From Eledone cirrhosa (Eukaryota): a stretch of DNA of 64,000 nt. Positions 55,245-64,000 of the stretch are shown piece by piece. The stretch's first letter is position 1. Each line of letters starts with the position of its first letter. The position numbers were made by a program, and so were the translations under genes. Where the stretch lies: positions 5,766,001 through 5,830,000 of the forward strand of contig OZ024749.1 of assembly GCA_964016885.1 (NCBI GenBank), written 5' to 3'. The notes beneath the pieces are model-generated. The model had not been told where the DNA came from. It saw only the letters and a program-made list of their open reading frames with translations, and did no database searches.

Positions 55245-57292
55245 GTGATGATAGTCAAAGTTGGTACTAGTTCCACAGTTGGTGTGTTGATAGTCAAAGT
55301 TGGTACTAGTTCCATAGTTGGTGTGTTGATAGTCAAAGTTGGTACTAGTTCCACAGTTGGTGTGTTGATAGTCAAAGCTGGTACTAGTTCCACAGTTGGT
55401 GTGTTGATAGTCAAAGTTGGTACTAGTTCCACAGCTTGTGTGTTGATAGTCAAAGCTGGTACTAGTTCCACAGTTGGTGTGTTGATAGTCAAAGTTGGTA
55501 CTAGTTCCACAGCTTGTGTGTTGATAGTCAAAGTTGGTACTAGTTCCACAGTTGGTGTGATGATAGTCAAAGTTGGTACTAGTTCCACAGCTTGTGTGAT
55601 GATAGTCAAAGTTGGTACTAGCTCCACAGCTTGTGTGATGATAGTCAAAGTTGGTACTAGTTCCACAGTTGGTGTGTTGATAGTCAAAGCTGGTACTAGT
55701 TCCACAGCTTGTGTGTTGATAGTCAAAGTTGGTACTAGTTCCACAGTTGTTGTGTTGACAGTCAAAGTTGGTACTAGTTCCACAGCTTGTGTGTTGATAG
55801 TCAAAGCTGGTACTAGTTCCACAGCTTGTGTGTTGATAGTCCAAGCTGGTACTAGTTCCATAGTTGGTGTGTTGATAGTCAAAGTTGGTACTAGTTCCAC
55901 AGTTGGTGTGTTGATAGTCAAAGCTGGTACTAGTTCCACAGGTGGTGTGTTGATAGTCAAAGTTGGTACTAGTTCCATAGTTGGTGTGTTGATAGTCAAA
56001 GTTGGTACTAGTTCCACAGTTGGTGTGTTGATAGTCAAAGCTGGTACTAGTTCCACAGGTGGTGTGTTGATAGTCAAAGTTGGTACTAGTTCCACAGTTG
56101 GTGTGTTGATAGTCAAAGCTGGTACTAGTTCCACAGTTGGTGTGTTGATAGTCAAAGTTGGTACTAGTTCCACAGTTGGTGTGTTGATAGTCAAAGTTGG
56201 TACTAGTTCCACCGTTGGTGTGTTGATAGTCAAAGTTGGTACTAGTTCCACAGTTGGTGTGTTGATAGTCAAAGTTGGTACTAGTTCCACAGCTTGTGTG
56301 TTGATAGTCAAAGCTGGTACTAGTTCCATAGTTGGTGTGTTGATAGTCAAAGTTGGTACTAGTTCCACAGGTGGTGTGTTGATAGTCAAAGCTGGTACTA
56401 GTTCCACAGTTGGTGTGTTGATAGTCAAAGTTGGTACTAGTTCCACAGTTGGTGTGTTGATAGTCAAAGTTGGTACTAGTTCCACAGTTGGTGTGTTGAT
56501 AGTCAAAGTTGGTACTAGTTCCACAGTTGGTGTGTTGATAGTCAAAGTTGGTACTAGTTCCACAGTTGGTGTGTTGATAGTCAAAGTTGGTACTAGTTCC
56601 ACAGTTGGTGTGTTGATAGTCAAAGCTGGTACTAGTTCCACAGTTGGTGTGTTGATAGTCAAAGTTGGTACTAGTTTCACAGTTGGTGTGTTGATAGTCA
56701 AAGCTGGTACTAGTTCCACAGTTGGTGTGTTGATAGTCAAAGCTGGTACTAGTTCCACAGGTGGTGTGTTGATAGTCAAAGTTCGTACTAGTTCCACAGT
56801 TGGTGTGTTGATAGTCAAAGTTGGTACTCGTTCCACAGTTGGTGTGTTGATAGTCAAAGCTGGTACTAGTTCCACAGTTGGTGTGTTGATAGTCAAAGCT
56901 GGTACTAGTTCCACAGTTGGTGTGTTGATAGTCAAAGTTGGTACTAGTTCCACAGTTGGTGTGTTGATAGTCAAAGTTGGTACTAGTTCCACAGTTGGTG
57001 TGTTGATAGTCAAAGCTGGTACTAGTTCCACAGTTGGTGTGTTGATAGTCAAAGCTGGTACTAGTTCCACAGTTGGTGTGTTGATAGTCAAAGATGGTAC
57101 CAGTTCCACAGTTGGTGTGTTGATAGTCAAAGTTGGTACTAGTTCCACAGGTGGTGTGTTGATAGTCAAAGCTGGTACTAGTTCCACAGTTGGTGTGTTG
57201 ATAGTCAAAGATGGTACCAGTTCCACAGTTGGTGTGTTGATAGTCAAAGATGGTACCAGTTCCACAGTTGGTGTGTTGATAGTCAAAGTTGG
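55245..57292. repeat. 39-bp minisatellite, about 52 copies, open in three reading frames
   Basis: Unit gtgttgatagtcaaagttggtactagttccacagttggt; ORFs (FDYQHTNCGTSTN)n and (TINTPTVELVPTL)n on minus, (VLIVKVGTSSTVG)n on plus. Confidence 0.97.
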
Positions 57293-57711
57293 AGTTCATG
57301 TTCACAGTTCGAGTTAGTGTGTTGGGTTGTTGGTTCTTAAAATATTGTTGTTCCGTTACATGTGGTTATTGCCATTTGTTTTGATTATATTATTATTACA
57401 CTGTTGCAGTATATTCGTTTATCCATAAGGACATAAAAGTTTTATACTATAGTTAAAAAGAGTGGTGTACATGGAGATTATATAAAATAACTTATAAAAA
57501 AATGGGGGATGACACTTAACTTTTTACCATTTACATTACTCTATATATACTATTGTATTTTCACAGTAAACATTTTAGCTCACATAATGTCGAATCTATG
57601 AGATTTTGATATTATTCATTTTAAGAACAATAACTTTTACTTCCGTTGTCACTCTTGTCTTCATAAAAACAGTGACTATATTTCCATTATTTATTTTCAG
57701 AATAGTTGATT

Positions 57712-58469
57712 ATGAATAATTTTGAACCTCCAAATTTGCGGAAGAGACATAGAGTTCTTCTTGGAATCCACGCCGGTAGGACAAATAAGGAAATTTCAGA
57801 AACTCCCAGAACAACAGGTGGCTCGCTGTCTCATCCAAAGACATGCCCAGAGTTATGCAGACAAAGTTTCCAGTGACAAAATTGGTCCTAGGTGTCGACA
57901 GCAGTCAAGGTGACATCATGCCACCATACTTCTTCCCTGAGGGCCTCAAGCTGAACACCGATGGCTACATCCGCGTTCTGAGCGAGGTAGTAAAGCCCTG
58001 GATCGACCAGGTAGCTGCAGGTAGGCCGTACGTGTGGCAGCAAGACTCAGCGCCCTGCCATACCAGCCGAAAGACCCAAGCCTGGCTGTCAGAGAACTTC
58101 GTCGACCACACTTTACCTGACATCTGGCCTCCCAGCTTGCCTGATGCAACCTCCTCGACTTCTTTGTGTGGGGCGTAGTGGAACGAGGCACCAACAGATC
58201 TAGCTGCAGTACGAAAGACGATCTGAAGGCTAGGATCACAAGTGCCTTTAGGGGCCTAAGTCGGGGGACAGTGATAAAGGCCTGTAGCCGGTTCCGAGGC
58301 CGCCTTGAGGCCGTCATCAAAGCCAATGGCGGGTTTATCGAGTGAGATCGAAAGAAGCAGTCATGAAGACAAACTGACCCAAGTTTGATAAATAAATCTT
58401 AAAAAATAAAACTACTGTGTTATTTTTTCCTAGACATTAATCTTGCGAACAAATATCGTCCGCACCCTG
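57712..58469 (+). mobile_element. DD37D (maT/Bmmar1-type) transposon, internally deleted
   Basis: WQQDSAPCH...WPPSLPD[frameshift]CNLLDFFVWG gives 37 residues between the last two D; stop near 58346; right TIR reads TA|CAGGGTGCGGACG on minus; left TIR not seen. Confidence 0.88.
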
Positions 58470-58477
58470 TATATATG

Positions 58478-58561
<84 letters not shown>

Positions 58562-58785
58562 TCCATTTGGAGTTTTTTAAGCTCCACTATCGTGCTAATT
58601 TTTTTTAGTCAAAATACAGCGAAAGCTTCTATTTCTTACTCAATATGAAACTTCACTCACAGTCTTCAAAATAAAATGCTTGTTTTTATATGCGTGTGTG
58701 TGAGTGTGTGTGTGTGTGAGTGTGTGTGTGTGTGAGTGTGTGTGAGTCAATTGAAGTATAAGAACATGTTCTCCTTGTGCACTGG

Positions 58786-58881
<96 letters not shown>

Positions 58882-59996
58882 TATATACTTCAAACCAAGA
58901 GCAGAAAGTTGTTGACCTAAAAGGTGTGATGGTGAAAAGTGATACCATATACAACAGGTTCAAACTCAAAGAATATCAAAGAGAGTGCAATTGATTCTGT
59001 GGGTCTTAAGACACCAAACGAGGATGGGAATGAAAATGACAAGGGCCTTTGTTAGATGTTCCACATTCTATGTTGTACGTTATCTTCAGGGCAAGCCATT
59101 CACGGTTGATGCAGTGTTGTCACAAACTGACAACTAAATAGTACATGCTATTCATTGCAAATAGAAACGTTGATATTTGAAACAAAGAGGCTTGCCAAGA
59201 TAATGGAATTGTAAGGAAATGAAAGGACAAGATATTGGAGAAGACCATTGAGGTATGTTGTCACAATACTACAGCATCATAGTTGCCATAGCGATCTCCC
59301 ACAATATCTCACATGAAAAGAACTCTTGAAATTCCATGGGGAATATGGAGAAGATGTAAACATTAAAATGGAGTGAATACTGAAATATCAAAACATTCCA
59401 CACACATCACACATTACACACACCACACACACACCATACACACATCTCTCTCAGACATGACAACCCTTAATTTAATTTTGGATATATATACGGCTCCTTA
59501 ATTGTAGAGCTAACTCAGTTGAATGGACTCGGCTGCTATTTCTAGCTGTCGATAATCCTATTCACGCCACTGGGATGATGCTGTGCGATGTGTGTAATTT
59601 TTAAAAAATGCAACACGTGGTTCGGGTCATTCACATATTTGCATTTGCTTTGTAAACGCAGATAGTTTGATCCTCTCCTATGGTGACCATCCAGGATTTG
59701 ATTACTGTGATTTACTGATTAATTGGTGAAATATATTTTTTATTTAAAGAAATATATACAAAGAAGATTAATCATTTTAAAAGGTATCTATATTTGAAGT
59801 TCTAGTTAAACTTTAATTGGTTACCTACCTAGCTAGGTGTGCTTACATACTTTACACATTATTCCCTGTGATTGTTCCATGTATTTATTTTATATATATA
59901 TATGTCAATTTATTTCTAGTTGATATATATATATATATATAATTGTTTCTACTTTTGGCAAATATAAGATCAAAAGATGGTTAAAAGAGTTCCAAG

Positions 59997-60067
59997 TATT
60001 TTATTATGCACATTTCAAAAACAAATATCATCATGAGATGATATCTGAATTTTCATCAGATCAAATA
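59997..60067 (-). ncRNA. Type I hammerhead ribozyme motif, paralog of 13379-13449
   Basis: Minus strand: tatttgat-CTGATGA...gatatcatctcatgatgatatttg...GAAA-tgtgca-TA-ataaaata; 59963-60125 matches the reverse complement of 13320-13485. Confidence 0.7.
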
Positions 60068-60452
60068 GGGATACATGATATGAAGGTTAAAAAACACTTG
60101 TGAATAGTGAAGTTTTAAATCAACATATGAAAAATAATTTAAGATTGATGTGTGATATTGGGAAAAAAAGTGAGGGGGGTTGGAAAAGGTAAGGAAGAGG
60201 AGGAAATGAGAGTAAAGAATGGTGGGGGAGGAGTATAAGAAGGAAGGATGAGATAGGAGGAGAGATGGGTGATAGAGAGAGAGAGATAGCCTTTACAACT
60301 GATAAAAATATATATTGTCTCACAGAGAGAAGTTAAAAAGCCGTTGGAAGATAATATATAATTTAAAAGAATTTGAAGTTAGAAGTTGATGAAGAGAAAA
60401 AGGGGTTAAGAATAATATTAAATTAAGGTTTGTATATTGTGTGGGTAAGATA

Positions 60453-60491
<39 letters not shown>

Positions 60492-60494
<3 letters not shown>

Positions 60495-61620
60495 CTAGCT
60501 CCTTCAACTGCGCAGAGGGTTCTATAGAAATAGTGGACAGCTTCCGTTATCTGGGTGACAAAATCAGCAGTGGGGGAGGGTGCTCTGAAAGTACTGTAGC
60601 TAGAGTCAGAACTGGATGGAAAAAGTTCAGAGAGCTTATACCACTATTAGCCGCTAGAGGGTTCTCCCTAAAAATGAAAGGCAGGTTATACGATGCCTGC
60701 ATACGAACAGCAATGCTGCATGGCAGTGAGACCTGGGCATTGTGTGCAGAGGATATACGCAGACTAGAGAGGAACGAAGCTTGCATGGTCCGCTGGATGT
60801 GCAATAGTAATATACGTGAACGGCAAAGCATAAACGAACTAAGGAAAAAATTAGAAATAAGAGGGATCAGATGTTGTTTACTCGAGAGAAGGCTACGTTG
60901 GTACGGTCACGTGATGCGCATGAAAGACGACAGCTGTATAACAAAGTGCAGGGCAATAAAGATAGATGGTAGCCACGGAGTAGGCAGACCCAGAAAAACA
61001 TGGGACGAGCTGATAAATTCCGACCTCACACGCTTACACCTCTCCAAGACAATGTCACTGGACCGAGACCTTTGGCGGTACTCAGTAATAGAGAAGACCC
61101 GCCTTACCTAAATACAAAGTAAAAACCTACTACAGTCAGTAGGCATCTCTATCAAAACACACCCCCGTCCCACCACCTCCACCCCACCCACACCGCCCCT
61201 TTCAATGTAAAGTTATGTTGGTCCCACAACATCCAGGCCGAAACAAATGAGATCGTGTAGGTGTCACGACAAAAAACACACAGTCCACGCTGTAAATGTG
61301 GCCGTGTAGGCAACACGGTAAAAACCTCCCAGCCCCACACTGTAAATGTGGTTGGTGTTAGGAAGGGCATCCAGCTGTAGAAAACCCGCCAGACAGTCCA
61401 CGCTGTAATGTGGCCGTGTAGGCAACACGGTAAAAACCTCCCAGCCCCACACTGTAAATGTGGTTGGTGTTAGGAAGGGCATCCAACTGTAGAAAACCCG
61501 CCAGACAGTCCTATGCGAGCAAGACAACCACTCTTGCCTCAAGTGGGAAAACCCCCGTCCAAACCCATGCAAGCGTGGAACACGGACGCTAAACCTGATG
61601 ATGATGATGATGATGATGAT
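60492..61620 (+). mobile_element. RTE-clade LINE, 5'-truncated, intact 3' ORF part, 3'UTR and (GAT)n tail
   Basis: VDSFRYLGD...RVRTGWKKFREL...KGRLY..C.R.AMLHGSETW...RLRWYGHVMRM...GRPRKTW; ~110-bp tandem duplication in the 3'UTR; inserted in (TA)n. Confidence 0.92.
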
Positions 61621-61821
61621 ATATACATTATCTTACCCACGCAATGTCGTTTTCCCCAGTGTTTAAGAAAAATTTGAACTCTGGTCAGCTGGGTTCGAAT
61701 TTTAATAATACAAACTTACTTTTCCATTGAATAAGTAAGGAAATGGTTGAAGCTATATCCATTTTATTCGACTTGCTTCATCTTCTAATTATACATATAT
61801 ATACAAATATATATGTGTGTG

Positions 61822-61884
<63 letters not shown>

Positions 61885-61960
61885 CGAAGGAGATGAGGTA
61901 AGGAACCAGATGGACCATAACGCACCAAAGTACTCAATACTTAGGCTAGTAGAGTGGGTA

Positions 61961-62050
61961 ATAGGAACGAGTAGGACCCCGACGGCTGAGCCCAAGCAGT
62001 TTCGACGGCTAATTCTGTCCAGAATTAGCCGTCGAAACATCCTACTCGTT

Positions 62051-62055
<5 letters not shown>
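61961..62055. other. Nested perfect hairpin (16-bp outer stem, 19-bp inner stem)
   Basis: ataggaacgagtagga/tcctactcgttcctat encloses gtttcgacggctaattctg-tc-cagaattagccgtcgaaac. Confidence 0.9.
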
Positions 62056-62094
<39 letters not shown>

Positions 62095-62200
62095 TATTTG
62101 GGGAGGATCATATTGTTATAATATTGCCAGAAATATGGGAATATTACAAATATAACAGTATTTGATTCAACACACGATTTCATATCAAAACCTTGCAAAA

Positions 62201-62244
62201 CAAATTCATCGCCGTTATATATATATATAACGGCGATGAATTTG
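62201..62244. repeat. Perfect 44-bp palindrome centred on (TA)n
   Basis: caaattcatcgccgtta-(TA)n-taacggcgatgaatttg. Confidence 0.95.
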
Positions 62245-62429
62245 CGGTGGATTGGCAGTATCGGTAGAGGGTCAGACGCCATGCTTTGACGCATGGAGTT
62301 ACGGCCCTTGCCATTCTGAGTTCAAATCCTGCCGAGGTTAACTTTGCCTTTCATCCTTACGGGGTCGATAAAATAAAGTACCAGTAATACACTGGGTAAT
62401 TGCTGGCCTTGTGCTAAACGTAGAAACAG

Positions 62430-62514
<85 letters not shown>

Positions 62515-62644
62515 CACAAGCAGGGAAAAGCAGACGTAAAATGATGATGATGATGACACAAATATATTTGACAGGATTTGAACTCAGAATGTAAAAAGAC
62601 CTAATTACATAATGCAAAGTATTTTGTCCAATTTTAGTGTCGTT

Positions 62645-62728
62645 AGCACCACAACCAACACTAACAGCACCACAACCAACACTAACAGCACCACAACCAA
62701 CACTAACAGCACCACAACCACTAACAAA
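62645..62728. repeat. 21-bp tandem repeat, about 4 copies
   Basis: agcaccacaaccaacactaac. Confidence 0.9.
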
Positions 62729-62849
62729 CATTGCCACAACAATTCACATCTTAACATCACCAATAAAACCAACACTAGCAATACAAAAATTCACTGTCAT
62801 CATCACTATTGTTGTCATCATCATCATCATCATGAGTGGCACAAGAATA

Positions 62850-63112
62850 TATAATAATAATGAAATTATTGTGTAAAGTGCTCAGGTGCACTACAACTCG
62901 TCAATATAGTACATAGAATAATACACAAATGTCAGGGAAGTACATGTGTGTATGTGTTAGCTGTTCTGTTGGCGGATCTCGGGAAGCATGGAGGCCTTAA
63001 AGGATGCAGTGTCTCGACAGCTAACAACTGATGCAGGTAGTTTGTTCCATGCTTCAGCAACTCTGAGCGTGAAAAAATGTTTCCGAAAGTCATGGGAACT
63101 GTGCTGTTTTCT
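62850..63112 (-). mobile_element. CR1-like LINE 3' end
   Basis: RKHFFTLRVAEAWNKLPASVVSCRDTASFKASM fits the CR1/L2 ORF2 end pattern FF..RV...WN.LP..VV....FK; (ATT)n tail. Confidence 0.85.
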
Positions 63113-63119
63113 TACTATG

Positions 63120-64000
63120 ATCATGAATACAAGTGGCTGAAATAGGATTTCTTTGATGGGTCTTTGAAGTAACGTTACTTGAGAAAGTGCATAGCTCGGA
63201 GATCAGAGAATCACTCCAGGTAGAGCTGTTACTTCTTCAAATTGAGAGATCACAGCTCCAATACTACAGACATGTAGTTAGAATGCCTCAGGAATGAATC
63301 ACTAGACAGATTTTTAGAGCCGCTACTTCTCTGAATTGAGAGATCACAGCTCCAATACTACAGACATGTGGTTAGAATGCCTCAGGAATGAATCACTAGA
63401 CAGATTTTTAGAGCCGCTACTTCTCTGAATTGAGAGATCACAGCTCCAATACTACAGACATGTGGTTAGAATGCCTCAGGAATGAATCACTAGACAGATT
63501 TTTAGAGCCGCTACTTCTCTGAATTGAGAGATCACAGCTCCAATACTACAGACATGTAGTTAGAATGCCTCAGGAATGAATCACTAGACAGATTTTTAGA
63601 GCCGCTACTTCTCTGAATTGAGAGATCACAGCTCCAATACTACAGACATGTGGTTAGAATGCCTCAGGAATGAATCACTAGACAGATTTTTAGAGCCGCT
63701 ACTTCTCTGAATTGAGAGATCACAGCTCCAATACTACAGACATGTGGTTAGAATGCCTCAGGAATGAATCACTAGACAGATTTTTAGAGCCGCTACTTCT
63801 CTGAATTGAGAGATCACAGCTCCAATACTACAGACATGTAGTTAGAATGCCTCAGGAATGAATCACTAGACAGATTTTTAGAGCCGCTACTTCTCTGAAT
63901 TGAGAGATCACAGCTCCAATACTACAGACATGTAGTTAGAATGCCTCAGGAATGAATCACTAGACAGATTTTTAGAGCCGCTACTTCTCTGAATTGAGAG
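63120..64000 (+). repeat. RTE/Expander LINE fragment running into a 94-bp tandem array (8 or more copies, cut by the window edge)
   Basis: IQVAEIGFL..FEVTLLEKVHSSEIRESLQVELLLLQIERSQL, then period 94 (63301 to 63395). Confidence 0.93.

Noticed and set aside
58900-59390. Possible degenerate coding or TE fragment
   Set aside because: No sustained ORF or motif could be assigned.

Overview
This is repeat-saturated, AT-rich eukaryotic DNA. The SINE families and heavy (TA)n/(CA)n/(CAT)n/(ACC)n microsatellite load suggest an octopus-like cephalopod genome; that is inference. There is no prokaryotic gene, rRNA, functional tRNA or CRISPR array, and almost all ORF-track entries are microsatellite artefacts. 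Supported content: LINE fragments (Tx1/L1, RTE, CR1-like, CRE-like), a Penelope-like RT fragment, internally deleted mariner and DD37D/maT transposons, pogo-, Tc1- and piggyBac-type MITEs, composite non-autonomous Helitrons, two tRNA-derived SINE families, seven minisatellite arrays and two weak candidate host terminal exons on the minus strand. Four patterns stand out. (1) About nine hammerhead-ribozyme motifs, including a U3-A8 core variant, lie mostly beside (TA)n tracts. (2) Four tandem arrays are built from 3' portions of retroelements; three have their unamplified monomers in this window, and two have clear microhomology junctions. (3) Fold-back palindromes centred on (TA)n recur. (4) A 39-bp array stays open for about 700 codons in three frames. 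All family calls come from motif recognition by eye, not database searches, and boundaries are approximate.
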